Assembly: GCA_964270895.1 (NCBI GenBank)
Contig: OZ185443.1
Source of the DNA: Podarcis filfolensis
Taxonomy: Eukaryota
Strand: one strand, 5' to 3'
DNA: 64,000 nt
Program-made: the position numbers and the translations under genes
Notes under the pieces: generated by a model
What the model saw: only the letters and a program-made list of their open reading frames with translations
What the model was told of the DNA's origin: nothing
Databases searched by the model: none
Shown here: one piece after another, positions 1 through 12,379 of the stretch
How the letters are laid out: every line of letters starts with the position of its first letter
Numbering within the stretch: the first letter of the stretch is position 1

Positions 1-3000
1 TATCTCCTGCTGTCCTAGCAGGTAATAACTATTCCTTGCCCTACCCTCCACCATTTCCTAGGCATGCAATTAGGAGACAGTAAGACCAATATAAAGCATC
101 AGCACAGTATTTACCGGTAGTTATTTTGCGACTAAGTTTTTTGTTCATTTTATATATGTGTTGCAATCTTCAGGGGAGAAATGTGTTGATTATGTAGCCA
201 AGACAGCATCACTTATGTACATGTGTAGTATCACCAGATTCAGGGAAATGTCAAGGTTTTTTGAAGTACAATGAAAGCCTCATGGGGAGAAACCCACTTT
301 CCAAGATCAGCCCATTGAGGATTGAGTAAGCTCAGTGGCCAGGAAGGATGGAGGAGGGGATGTAATGGAGTATTATTGGCAGGTGGGGAGGACAAATTAA
401 ATAAGCTTAGATTTTAAAAGGGTAGAATGAAGGATCCTTTGGCTTGGGCTCTTTTAACTCCCAAGCATAACTGGCATCAATCAAAAGAGAAACTCATAAC
501 TAGCAAGAGGAATAACTATTGAAGAAGGGGGAGGATCAACAAAAAAAAAGCTATGAAACAGCCATATGGATTTTCCATATGGATTTTAAAACCTTGTAGA
601 GAAGTGGTGTAAGGGAAGAGTAGCAATAAATAATTTTGGCTTCTATATAGATGGCAATTTTCTGTTTGACATGTTAACACCTGTCGCAGTAGACAGCCTA
701 ACATCACAAAGTTTCATTTTGAAACAATGCAGGAACTAAATATGCTTGGCTTTGACTGCAGGCAGTGCATATTCCACCACCCTTCCAACTCTTAGTAGGC
801 TTTTCTGTTGTACAATAGCTACATTTTGATAACAAATATTCTAAAAAATAAAAATTCACTGGTTTCTTTCATTAGAACTGAATACTTACAGTCAGTGCTG
901 TATTCCTGCTTTAATGGGGAATAGCAGCATAGTTTGCAAGAGGGGAAATGCTAGCAACAGACAAACACACGCACACTTTTTCCTGATGCTTTCTTTCACT
1001 TGACCCTTGAACTGCTGGAAATATTCAGTGTGATCCATTGTCTTAATGGCCATTCTGAAGCTTTCTGCCACTGTCAAGCCAGTTGAACACAGCTTTGATC
1101 TGGCTCACCGTATTCTCAGACTCTTCACATCAAACATATTACAAGCTCGCCAAACCCAGCAGGCTTTGATGCTGTGCATTTCTCAAGCAGCAGCCAAATT
1201 GTAAGGTGCTTCTGAAAAGCAGGAGGTTTTGGAACTATTTATGATACAGTATGTGAAGCGATACTGGCCAAAGGGGAAGGAAGCAAGAGCCTACTAGCTA
1301 CTCAAAAGCCCTTGGGCATGCCTAAATTTGCTCTCTCCCGACCAAGGAACTCCTACACAAAAAAAGACAGAATATTTAGCTTCAGGGCAGGATCTCCGCC
1401 ACACACATCAACTCTCCTCAGCTTAACACACTTAACCCTGGCCACAGTCTGCCGCAAACCAAAATCAGGAGCAAAAGAGATACAGTCCACAACGGTGCCT
1501 GTAAAACTGGCGAGTTTGTAGGAAGCCAGCTTGTAAAGCCAGCATGTTAGAAAGAAGCAGGCTAGACACAAATGCCATATATAATCCAAGTGAGATGCGA
1601 GCAGATGGGAAATGATCAGGCAAGGGAAATGTAGCTCTAGGGAGGGCACAGCAGGTGGAAAAGCTTCAGACTTCATCTCTTTTTTACTTAATTAATTTAA
1701 GCTTTTTATTTAATTCATGAATAACTATTTAATAAACAGGATATGATGACAGTTCTACCTCAGGTGCAATGCCTGCATGCAGAAATATTACTGCAGGACT
1801 CACTTCTGGTGTCTTTCCTTCATCATTTGTGCAGGAGGAGGATGTACCCATGCAGGAATGAGAAGTCTGTGCAGGCCTCCCACATCCCCATCCAGCTCTT
1901 CATGCAAATTATCATTAATACTCTGAGAATCATTAAATTCCATTGTGCAGGGAAGCAGAGCTGGATGGGAGCATGGGAGGTGTGATTAAACAAAATGCTG
2001 TATATTAGACAAAAACACATTAAAATGTGTATATTAGGGGAGAGACACACTAAAATTCTGATGAATTTTCATGAACGTATTATTCCAAAGAATAATTTGG
2101 AAACAGATGCAGAAATGTGGCAAACTGAGCTAGTCTAAAAAAATGTGACGGTGACAGAAATCAAAATTTACACATTTATCTGTTGCTAAAAGGAAATCTA
2201 CCCTCCGCCCCTTTAACGCATATGCTATATCCACGTCTTTTAGGCCGTGTTCTACCAGTCTCCATATTGCTTTGCTTTGTCTTGTAGATCTTCTAAGTTC
2301 TTGTTCAATCTGTTTGTGTCTTTCTGATGTTTGCTCCAGATCACCATCATATCAACCCTTTGTAGAAGTACTACTTTCTGTGCAGACTGTCACGTGCTGG
2401 GTTAGAGCTCCTTAGTGTTGCATGCTCTGACTTGAAGATGCTGTGCTTTCCTTTTCTATTATTGGCCATCCAAAAGTGGCACTAAAAAGGACCGCAAAGC
2501 CTCTTTCTTAATAACTTTTACAGTCTGTGTTCATGCTGAGCCATCATAAATGTGCACCTGCTCATTTGCCTGTGAGGGTTTTCACGTTCTGTGAGCCAAT
2601 GGCATGCTATTATTTAATATTTATATTTCATACTGCCTTACCAGAAATGTACTTCAGACTAGCCTACTTCTGGCACCATGTGTTATTGCTAGTGAAGCAA
2701 TGCTAGAAACTGTTATATGTTAATAGCAAACACTGTGTTGTGGCTTTGCAGAAGAGCATTCCCTATTATGATGTTAAAGAAATCTAGCTGGGAAGAAGCC
2801 TTATTGAGTTAAATCGAGCTTGCTCCTAGGTAAAAAGGTATAGGGTTGCAGTCTTATATAACACTCCAGCTTGTTCTCTTCCACTCCCTCTGTCTGCTAC
2901 TGCCATTATCCTTTCAGTCATCTCTAATATATTTGCATTTGACTGTCCCCTTCTCTTACCACACACAGATGGATACATGAGACCAAACTCAGTTATAGCT

Positions 3001-3074
3001 GTTAAGACTATGAACTGAAGCCCTCCAGGTGTGCCTGGAGAGCAACTCCACTGAACTGAAATTTTAGCCTTCAC

Positions 3075-3240
3075 AACATAGGAAAATGGCCAAGTAAACA
3101 GCTATTTTCGTGGAGGAGGGTCAAGATATTAACTGATATGCATGAAATTTCATATATAGCTTTATAATCCCTAGTGTAGTAAGATAAGACCTTTGGAGCA
3201 GGCATTTTCAAAAAAAAAAGTTTTTTTATGAATCGCCCTA
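3075..3240. mobile_element. Probable terminal segment of a DNA transposon (hAT-type terminus)
   Basis: Ends in ...ttttttatgaatcgcccta; the reverse complement begins TAGGGCG, fitting the YARNG terminus of hAT elements. It lies next to the transposase relic. Left boundary approximate. Confidence 0.35.
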
Positions 3241-3261
3241 GTAGGGCAGTAATTGTTCCTT

Positions 3262-3327
3262 GATAATTTGTCACCCCCCTCCATGATGGCACCTGGGGAG
3301 GACCGCCCCCCCTTTTCTACACCCCTG
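3262..3327. mobile_element. End fragment of a non-autonomous hAT-type MITE
   Basis: tttgtcacccccctc...cacctgggg...cccctg resembles the right end of the TSD-flanked element at 50156-50443. Confidence 0.35.
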
Positions 3328-3337
3328 CTTCTACCTA

Positions 3338-3840
3338 ATGCATGGTACCAGCCTCCTAGCCAGTGTTAACATTCCTAGAATCATTTCCAATGGCCTGTCA
3401 GGTCTTATCAATGCCTTTCTTCTTCATGAAATCTACAAGATTATTAGCAATAACTTCAGCAGGTTTTTCTCTCTTTGAGCCTTTCTCTTAAGTGGTAAAG
3501 ATATCTTCCACATGCCTCACTGCACACAGAATAATGCTGTTCTGTGGTGATGCTGTGGAACTGCTTATTGAACTGTCTGCTCTCAGCATAACTTGAGTTG
3601 TATCTTCATGGTCATAAAAGAAGATGCAGTTGATTCAACTCTTCTGACAAAGATAATCAAATTCTTGATCCAGGGATTTCATAACTTTTTCTTGGATCTC
3701 CTCTTGTCTCTTGTCTCCATGATCAGGCCAGCATCCATAAAAGCGGAAGTGGTGATAGCAGCTGTGGCATGCAGGCCAGAACCAATCTGATGCTCTGCAT
3801 AGCAATATTATGTATTTCTAATGTGATGTACTCATTTCTT
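3338..3840 (-). pseudogene. Decayed cut-and-paste DDE transposase fragment (hAT superfamily, hATm-like), with stops and frameshifts
   Basis: Hand translation across frames gives RNEYITLEIHNIAMQSIR / GLHATAAITTSAFMDAGLI / QEKVMKSLDQEFDYLCQKS*INCIFFYDHEDTTQVML / EQHYSVCSEACGRYLYH / KPAEVIANNLVDFMKKKGIDKT*QAIGNDSRNVNTG*EAG. These are collinear with the FFDGRKD...EEHYS...IGxDSTNVNTGW motifs I recall from invertebrate DDE transposases. Superfamily assignment is inference. Confidence 0.7.
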
Positions 3841-4326
3841 TTTATTATGAATGGAAAATGTACTTGCTTTACCTTATATCAATTCACAACTTCCATAATT
3901 TCCATTTGGGCATTAGCCATTTGCTTTTCATTTTAATCAGCAGAGAAAATTATTTCGTCTGATATTCTTGAAGCATTCTGCTTACTTCTCTGCTTATATT
4001 CAACAAGCCTTCTTTTCTTGTCTTCTTGCCACTTCCACTTTTTGTTATGCTCCAGCATATTACTTGGTAAATGTTTTTAATGAACTTTATGCAATTTTGC
4101 ACACATATTTTTCACAAACAATTAATAAGACAAGTTTAAAATCAATAGTTAATAGAAATTACACAAAAATGTAAAAAAGTGAGAAAAAAAGTCAACATTT
4201 TTATGTAGTTGTTTACCAAGCAAAACTAAATTTAACCAACATATATTTTGAATTCCCATGTCATGTACAACTTTCTAGCACCCCTCATTTTTGGAGATTG
4301 AAAATTGAAAAATTCAACACAACTAC

Positions 4327-4787
4327 TAGTAGGAAAAGTGGAGTTACACAAGGTAAATTTTTTGAGAAAAATTCAAGGGGATAGCAACAACAACAATGAG
4401 CACTCACACTTCACATTGTGGGTGTCCTTTGCAGGATCGTGTGTGGTGCTACAGTTCCCAGGGAGCTTACTGGCAAACAGGAGCTGGCTTGCCTCTCAGT
4501 GTTAATTTTTGGAGGTTCACGCCCAGACTCAGTAATCAAGTTTCTTGCTGGGAGGTGGGGCCAGCCCCATTTATAAATAGGGGGTGGAGCTGACAATAGT
4601 CAGGCAGTCAGCTCTGGAGAGTCACCCTCCCTACCCTCCCTTTGTTTAATGTTTCTTGTTTGCAGGTTAACTTTTTCTTCCTGTTTAGCCAGCGCTGCTA
4701 CGGTCTTTTGACTGGTTGCTGTTGAAGGACTAGGAAGAAATTTTCCTGCACTGGCAGGTTTTGTCTTCCCCATAGCAATTCGTCACA
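4327..4787. mobile_element. Putative solo LTR remnant
   Basis: About 460 bp ending in ...ttcgtcaca, with a central TATAAA (ccatttataaataggg) and composition distinct from the AT-rich flank. No clean TSD; orientation uncertain. Confidence 0.4.
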
Positions 4788-4850
4788 ACTTTGTGGGTAA
4801 TGGCCTTGGGTGGAATCCTTTAATCTTTTCTTCCCTATATGGTGTGTGTG

Positions 4851-5161
4851 GGGACACGGGTGGTGCTGTGGTCTAAACCACAGAGCCTAGGGATTGCTAA
4901 TCGGAAGGTTGGTGGTTCGAATCCCTGCGACGGGGTGAGCTCCTGTTGCTCGGTCCCTGCTCCTGCCAGGTACCGCTCTGTCGGGAAGGTAAACAGCATT
5001 TCTGTGTGCTGCTCTGGTTCGCCAGAAGTGGCTTAGTCATGCTGGCCACATGACTCGGAAGCTGTCTGTGGACAAACGCTGGCTCCCTTGGCCTATAGAG
5101 TGAGATGAGCGCCACAACCCCAGAGTCGTCTGGACCTAATGGTCAGGGGTACCTTTACCTT
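4851..5161 (+). mobile_element. Sauria SINE (internally shortened variant)
   Basis: tRNA-like head (gggacacgggtggtgctgtggtc...ggttcgaatcc), body motif catgctggccacatgactcggaag, ACCTTT tail, and a perfect 13-bp TSD tatggtgtgtgtg at 4838-4850 and 5162-5174. Confidence 0.9.
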
Positions 5162-5340
5162 TATGGTGTGTGTGTGAAGTGGTGACTCACGCCCCTGCAT
5201 TTTTATTCCTTCCTTATGATCCCTGGGGGCTGGGGCTGTCACCGCCTGATCACACATTAACAATTCTAATACTAAGATGATGATAAATATATTGTGTGTG
5301 TTTTTTAAAAAAGTTTTAATGCTTTTAATTGTCTTTTAAT

Positions 5341-5480
5341 TGCTATTTTTCTTGAAAAAAGAGGTGCTGGGACTCACCATGAACACCTCCCTTGTTCTCT
5401 TAGAATGGCAATGGTACGCATCTGAAAGGTGCAGAAACTGAGTTCTGGCGAGTTCCTGCTAAAAAAAAAAAAAAGCCCTG
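5341..5480. mobile_element. Non-autonomous hAT-type MITE (same family as 55368-55505)
   Basis: Shares gaggtgctgg...caccatgaac..ctcccttgttctcttagaatggcaatgg with the 55.4 kb copy; ends aaaaaagccctg. Confidence 0.6.
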
Positions 5481-5489
5481 TAAATGCCA

Positions 5490-5556
5490 CACTTTTTTAA
5501 CAACAAAAGAGGTGCCGGTTCTGTGTACCCTTGATTACCTCCTGGAAAAAGCACTG
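5490..5556. mobile_element. Short related MITE fragment
   Basis: aaaagaggtgccggtt...cctggaaaaagcactg has the same gaggtgc motif and the same end type as the adjacent element. Confidence 0.4.
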
Positions 5557-6854
5557 CTTTTATCTATAATTATGTTTGTACATTGTTTGGAGAGCTTTCT
5601 GATCATTTCCTAAATCATCATCATCATCTCTTCCTGCTTTTCTACTAAATGTACTTAGAGCAGCAAACAATAATAAACCCAAACAGTATACTAAGTAAAC
5701 CATGCAAAATCATGATAGCAAAGCAAGTGCAAAATAAGATAATTATGTTTTGCAGTAGTCACTGTTGGAAGCCTCATGTATGCAGTCTGTAAAACTTAAA
5801 GAACCATTTCAGAATTTAGACGGATTGAAAATGGCTGGTGTTGGGAAAATTGTTCCCCCTTGTTGTTTTCTTTTTCAGTATTAAAAAGAGAGAAAAAGAG
5901 CTCTCTGCCGTCCAAAGCAATGGAACCTGCACATTTCCCCCCTTTGTTCTTTCAATAAATTATTAGGCAATTTAAACCAGATAGTGTTCTGGTGCTGCTG
6001 AGAATTGCATGTCAAGGCATGTGGTAACTTCTACTTCTTGGTTTTCATCCCTGTAATGATTTTGAAGAATAACACTAGTAAACAAAGCCCTACAGGTAGG
6101 AAAATAAGCTTTCTTTGGGTTTGTTGTATTCATGCTGCTCAGTGTGCATTGAAAATCCAATTCAGTGTGTGCTGCAAAAAATGTGCTATGAAGGGTAGTT
6201 GGTTTTGTAAAATGGAAGGTTTCTAAATAAGACGTTTACCCACACAATGTTCTCTGCTATTTTAATGGACAAATTTTAATGAATAGGCATCTTGGAAATG
6301 GACAATGATCTTTCTCAAAAAGCACATCTTTCTCCACGGTGGTTGACCTACAATTTCTTTTATACAATGCAGACTTTATGCAATGCCATTTCAGGAAGCA
6401 GGGGAATATTGCTTCTCCCTCCTCATGTTTCTGACCAAATGCAATTATTCTCCAGGGGCACCTATAATTCTGGCCAATTCACAGCTTATACACATACTGA
6501 ATAACTACTATTACAAACTAATTGTCCTATAGACTAGGACTACAACCCTTCCTTATGTGGGCACAATATCCATGCATGGAGGGATTCCCCATAGGACTCT
6601 CCCCCCCCCCAACTCCTACCCTTGCTCTGTAAACATACAATGTTCCAGGATAGACTAGGAAATGGGAGCTCTGCATCTTCCATCCCATTCTTTGCTCAGT
6701 CAAGCTCTAGAGTAAAGTGTAACTTAACCAAGAGGAGAATGAGGGTTAGGTCAGCTTTGTATGGCTCTCCTATTCCCTACACAGCCCTAATGAACTGGTT
6801 GTGTGTTCCTGAATGTGTGGAGTAAAAAATAAATAAATCTGTTTATCCCTCAGC

Positions 6855-7011
6855 CAGTGGCGTAGCGTGGGGGGTGCAGGGGGGCCGGCCGCACCGGGCA
6901 CAACATCTGGGGTTAGGGCAAATCCATGGGTTAGGGGGCGCAAATCCACGGGTTAGGGGGCGAAAATTACTTGCCTTGCCCCGGGTGCTGACAACCCACG
7001 CTACGCCACTG
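6855..7011. mobile_element. Intact 157-bp hAT-type MITE
   Basis: Perfect 17-bp TIRs (cagtggcgtagcgtggg / cccacgctacgccactg) and a perfect 8-bp TSD ccctcagc (6847-6854, 7012-7019). Confidence 0.92.
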
Positions 7012-8549
7012 CCCTCAGCAGATTTCTCTGCATGCTGGAACAGCAGCACACAGAAGATAGTTTGGTAGTTCTGTAAACCAAAGACAGAAATCCCTTTGTT
7101 GAATTGATTGTATGCGACTATGATAGCATTGCTAGAGTCATTATGAAGTATAAAAGCTACAGCAAATTCTCTTAAAATATTTTTTTGCTGCTTAAATCTG
7201 AACATATTCCCATGTGGGCCTTTTAGCATTTCTTCAAATTTCATCTTTTTCCATGAAATGGTACCCCTCATGATAATGAATGAAAACCTGAGTTTTATTT
7301 GGTTTCTTTAATAAAAGGAAATTCAGAGTAAAAATTGAGAGATCTTCTCCATGTAGAAAGTGAAATGTGAAGAAGCAGGAGAGTTCTGTTCCTTGACTTC
7401 CAACTATTAATGAGGGCAGTGTTGATCAATACATAAATATTATACTAGTATTTGAATATTTGTCCCTTCTCTCTTGGTACTCTTCTGAAATCCTATGCAG
7501 AATTAAATGAGGCTGCATTTAATACTTACTTTTGAGTAAGCATGCATAGGATCACATTGTTAATTGCTTGAACTCCATATTGTTTTGAAGATTTGGAGTG
7601 TTCCTAATTACTAATTTAGGCAGTATTCTAAGCAGGAGGGAAATGGTGATATGTTATGCCTAACAGGGCTTGAAAAAGAAATGACTACTTCAGTTGGTTC
7701 ACAAATTTTCAAGGTTATATCCTTTGAGTAAATGATGCATGTGGTCTTGTGAGATCTCTTACATTATAGAGAATAGCTTCTCTGAATTCATCCGCCTCAT
7801 TGTGAAGCTCTCTAAAGACCCCTTTCCATGTTAGAATGGTCAGTAACAGAAGTGAGTTGACAAGTTACTCCCCTGACTGAAATTATAATGTGGAAAGGGA
7901 TTATATGTATATATGCCTACTGGGAGCTCAGGCACAGGCCTGCCAAGCTGCTCTCCAAGTCCCAGTTGAGAAAACTTGAGACTTCGTGTGATGCATTTGT
8001 ATTTGTATTTTGTGAATGCATGGGGCAGGTCTCATCTTTAGCCAAGAAAGCACCATAATCCATAAGTCCACTAATGTTGTCCACAATTTAGACCTGCTGG
8101 GCAGAGATAGGATTGCTCCAAAGTCTTCTTGCATCAAATATGTGTCAGTGAATGGATTCTATGCTGGCATAGCGCCCACTGTTGTGTGCCAGCAGCATCT
8201 ACCTCCGTTGGAACCATTATACTAGAAAAATGCTGTCAGTGCAATGGGGAAGTGGGTGGAGTTTGGATTGTGACAGGGAGGAATTCTGCCGTTCATCATG
8301 TAACAGTCTCAGGGCAGATCATGACGTTCATAGTAGCATGGAAATCATAACTATATCGCATCATCTTGGCTGTGAGTCCTGGGAGATCTGCACTCTGGCT
8401 TGCAGGTCTTTTCCCACTTGGTCTCAAAGGGTGAGGCCCTGACTGACTATGGCTACAAAAGCCAAGGTTGCTGAATAAACTATTGGGCTGGCATATTGAG
8501 ATTTCCGTATAAAACCAAGGTAGCTAACCTTTAATCAGAATACAATTAA

Positions 8550-8830
8550 TACAAAAGCTGTGTGTGCACTTCGGAATGCCTGGTGGGATGCAAACATTTC
8601 AAACTGGTGATGAAAGTCGGGTAATACTGATATCAGGTAAAACTCAGGGGGAAGAGTGATCCACATCTGTGGTTCAACCACCAAGAAGGCCCTGTCACAT
8701 GTTCCTGGTATGCCAGGCTTTATTTGGTGCCAATGCAACCAGAAGGGTCTTTCTGGAAGACCTTTAATCATGGGAGAGACATTCCTCCAGGTAACTAGGT
8801 CCTGAAACTTAATCAGGGGTCTTGATGCCA
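8550..8830 (-). mobile_element. L2 LINE 3' end of ORF2 (degenerate)
   Basis: Minus translation ...PGTCDRAFLVVEPQMWITLPPE...FASHQAF resembles the L2 C-terminal RAFSVVAPxLWNxLP...LFxQAF motif. Confidence 0.65.
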
Positions 8831-9104
8831 CTCCCACATACAATGATGGTGCAATGTGAAACCTGAAAAAAAGAGGAAGCATACATAAAAATATGCCCAC
8901 GGAAGTTAATGGACAACCCAGAATGCCTGAAAACAAGCAACTTTTTGATGGGAACTTGGTGATAGATTGACAAACTGCATATAGTCAGGAAGAACAAAAT
9001 GAAACGAAGAGCTGATTAATAACGCTTGTCCTCCTACATGTTTTATAGGTACACTAAAGATGACATTCCACTCTGCCTGTTGTTCCCCTCATATTTCCTT
9101 GCAG

Positions 9105-9167
9105 GATATTCATCTTGGAGCTAAATAACCAATAACTTCAGGAAGATCTCACACAGCCGCCGCCAGT
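9105..9167 (+). other. Candidate non-coding exon (63 nt)
   Basis: Strong acceptor (ctctgcctgttgttcccctcatatttccttgcag) and consensus donor (AGT|gtaagt). Stops occur in all three frames. Confidence 0.3.
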
Positions 9168-9399
9168 GTAAGTATTGTTACAATGACAACATCATCTCCC
9201 CAAATCAGTAGATAATGTACTTCCAAATATAGATACCAGGGAGGTTGCAATTTGAAGAATACAGAACTAGCCTGGAATTAATTATAACTGGGGGGAAAGA
9301 GGAAAAATTCACTGAGCAATTGCATTTACCTGCTGGGAGTCTGAGTAGTAGGCAAAACTAGTTAGATGAATGAATAGTCTGATGTGGTATACAGCAGCT

Positions 9400-9970
9400 G
9401 CTTATTTACATTCCAGTGCTGTACTGAATAAACATTATCCAGCTTTCAATAAATATATGTTCCTGTTGTTATCTATAACTTATTCTAACATAATTTTACT
9501 ATTTCTGCTCTCTGAATTTTTAAAAAGACATTCATTAAAACAGTTTCAGCATTATCCTTCCACTTATCTGCTATATGCAATGCATTGATCTGAAACAAAT
9601 TATTCATTATATGTTTCAGTTCGGCCCTCCAGATAATACAAATGTAAGACCACCAGATCCCTTGGCAAATCATATCCCAATATTTCCCTGATTTGTTTTG
9701 TAACTTTCCCCCAGAATGTTTGGTGTTTTTTAAAAAATATTTGTTGCAATGCCATCATATATGCATAAAAGCTGTTGGTCTGTTTTATAATTCACATTTC
9801 CAGGGTTTTTCCATTGTTGAAATTAGGTTTCTGTTGTTGAAATCACATAGTGTTAAGTGCTGCTGAAACATATTTGAGAGACATATTCCTTCAGGATTAT
9901 GCCTATCAGTTTATAGGATATATTATACCAAATCAATTCTCATGCAACTTGCAGTGCAGCAAAACTCCAA
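9400..9970 (-). mobile_element. L1 LINE ORF2 C-terminal relic
   Basis: Minus translation includes KTFWGKVTKQIREILGYDLP and LHIADKWKDNAETVLMNVFLKIQRAEIVKL, resembling the region after the HxWWxC motif of non-mammalian L1 ORF2. Boundaries approximate. Confidence 0.55.
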
Positions 9971-11380
9971 GCCTTCCTCCCATTTAGTTTGATATGGGCA
10001 AGTTGCCAGGAAATCCTGCCATTATTTCCTTATTCGATACCTTAATTGTTTAATATTGTTTGTGGCCCAAGTTTCTCAAACTTTGATCTCGCCCTGACAT
10101 GTTGCATGATTAATGTGATAACTATGCATCTTTCACAATATTGATGGAAAAGCAGTCTTTTCATTTTTATATTGATTGCCACTTCTTGAAACGAAAGTAC
10201 TGTATCTGATCATTACATATCTTGGTGATATTATGGGTGAAATTAAAAGGCCCTCCAATGAAACAGAAACTGTTTGTGGAATGGACTGAGGTTCCCTCTG
10301 CAGCACCCCCCCTCGTCCTCCACATGCCGCCCCCTAATCTGCTTGAGGTGGTTGCCCCCCTCCCAGCAGATTTTGGAGTTTGTGCAAGGGGTACTGGAGA
10401 AGAAAGGAAAGAGAAATTCTCTTGCAAAAGTGAAAATGTTTTCTGGATTTATCGAGACCTACATTCTTCTATTTATGAAATATTCATGTTAAAGATTAGA
10501 AGTAGAGGCTCAGTTTTGATCTGTGCATATCCCAGCTTTCATTGTTAACTTTGTTCCATTTTCTAACAACAAAACATGGAGTTGGATCTGTGGGAAGAGT
10601 TCCTCTCATATTAAGGGCATTTCTGGCATCCACTAATGGAAGTTCTGTCTCTTGCAGCCTGATACCCCCTCCCCACCAAATGCTGCAGATGGTTGGGGAC
10701 CATAATGCAATACATAGGGTTCTTACATTTGCTTACTCTAATACCTAGCTTTATCAAAATAGGCTATTAGGTTTCTCTAATTTAATTGTAACGTGCAAAC
10801 AAAGCATCCTATATAAATATTCCTTAGCATATTGACTACATTCTGATTTTCTAAATATACACACATTTAAAAGGCTAACTCCAGGCAAATTGTAGCCATG
10901 AAATGATGGTGGTGATGACTGATTATTTTATGATCAGGACAAAACACAGAGATTATCTTTTTGACCTCACCACAGATACCTATTGGATATCTTACCCTTT
11001 CTTGAAGACAAATTTACTTCTGCTGTGCCTGTCACCAAAACAGACAGGAATCATAATACTTAAAGCACCTGCAACTGATATCACAATAACGTGTTTGTCA
11101 TTTGGATACACTCAATCAACACTACTTTTCATCATCTGATGAAAAGGATTGCTGTTTATGACTTCCTAAAAATGAAATTATTAGCCTCTAGCTTTGAATG
11201 TTCCAACATAGATGCTACTAGGCAAATAGTCCCCAGAAGCATTTGGAGAGGAACATTTCTAACTTTTTTATAACATCATATTTTACCTTTATGATTTGCT
11301 GCTTTGAAGGTTGATCCTTGAGGGTTTATTTTATTTTACTTTATTCCTGCACAAGGAGAAAGTTTGAAGCATTGTCTGTG

Positions 11381-11502
11381 CTAGCCATCACCAATGTGGT
11401 ACCTTCCAGATGTTTTGGCCTATAACCCCCAACAGCCTCAGCTTCCCAGCTGTGGAAGTTGCAATCCCAGACATCTGCAGGGCACCAGGTTGCTGAAGGC
11501 TG
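11381..11502. repeat. Short palindromic squamate interspersed repeat (MITE-like)
   Basis: ccttccagatgttttggcctataac...gttgcaatcccagacatctgcaggg forms an imperfect inverted repeat; related copies occur at 19.2, 28.0, 31.6, 34.9, 41.0 and 42.9 kb. Confidence 0.6.
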
Positions 11503-12379
11503 GTCTTCTTACATCAGAGTGAGGTAATAAAATGCTGATTGGCAAAATGGACTGTACCACTTCAGACTGCATGTAGGGGATACATTTTTAAAAAAAGAGT
11601 TGTTGTTTTAAAAAGAGTTTGACTGCATAACACTTCCCCACACTTAAAAATCTAGCTTGGCTAGTTTTCTACTTATCAATATTTCTGTTTTGTTTTAAAG
11701 GAAGGATCACAGTTTTCCCCACCTGCAGGATGAAGTTGTGTTGTCAAGTACCTCAACATTCTGTCTTGTTATTTCCATTTCATTCTGAGGCATATGTTGA
11801 ACCAGCCTCACACATTCCTTCAGAGGAAATGGAGAAGCAACAGCTTGACTTGAAAGCCTCAGAAGGTTTGTGTACCCATGTTATCACCAGCTGTTATCGG
11901 AAATTAAACAATGTCTGTGTTTTGAATTTTCTCTTTACTATTACTCATTATATAGTACAACACAAGAAGTACAAATGCCCACCATCTGCGGTTTCCCTCC
12001 CTCGCTTAAAATACTGTTTATTGAAAATGATCATGAGTGGACCAGACAGAAGACTTTGCTCTTCCTGGTCGTCTCCGAGGACTTAAAAGGCAGGCCCCAT
12101 CTGTTCTCCTTTCCTCAGACCATTCCAAGATTTGATTTTCATTAAAAATATTTTATTTATGGGAAATGATTCGGACTTGGTTCAGATGAGCAACTTGATC
12201 ATAAATAACTTAACCAAATTATATGCTCTGAAAATAGCAGCTTATGCCTTGATAAACCCCATTGCCTACCCCTCAACTGCCCTGATTAAATTGAGACATC
12301 CCATTGTGAGGTCACAATCCCATGCATTTTGCCCCAAAATATGTGTTTTGGGGCTCAGTGATCTCACACAGGTCATGTG

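Noticed and set aside
4851-4930. tRNA-like A/B boxes here and at 30.0, 47.4 and 56.0 kb
   Set aside because: These are SINE heads continuing into SINE bodies and tails, not tRNA genes.
8020-8530. Coding-looking stretch next to the L2 end, considered as a viral or retroelement relic
   Set aside because: All six frames are interrupted and no motif was recognised.
10240-10460. Minus-strand peptide VSINPENIFTFAREF, reminiscent of a dimerisation/docking-type motif (e.g. CATIP C-terminus)
   Set aside because: The acceptor lacks a pyrimidine tract, the similarity is only a few residues, and no other matching exons were found.
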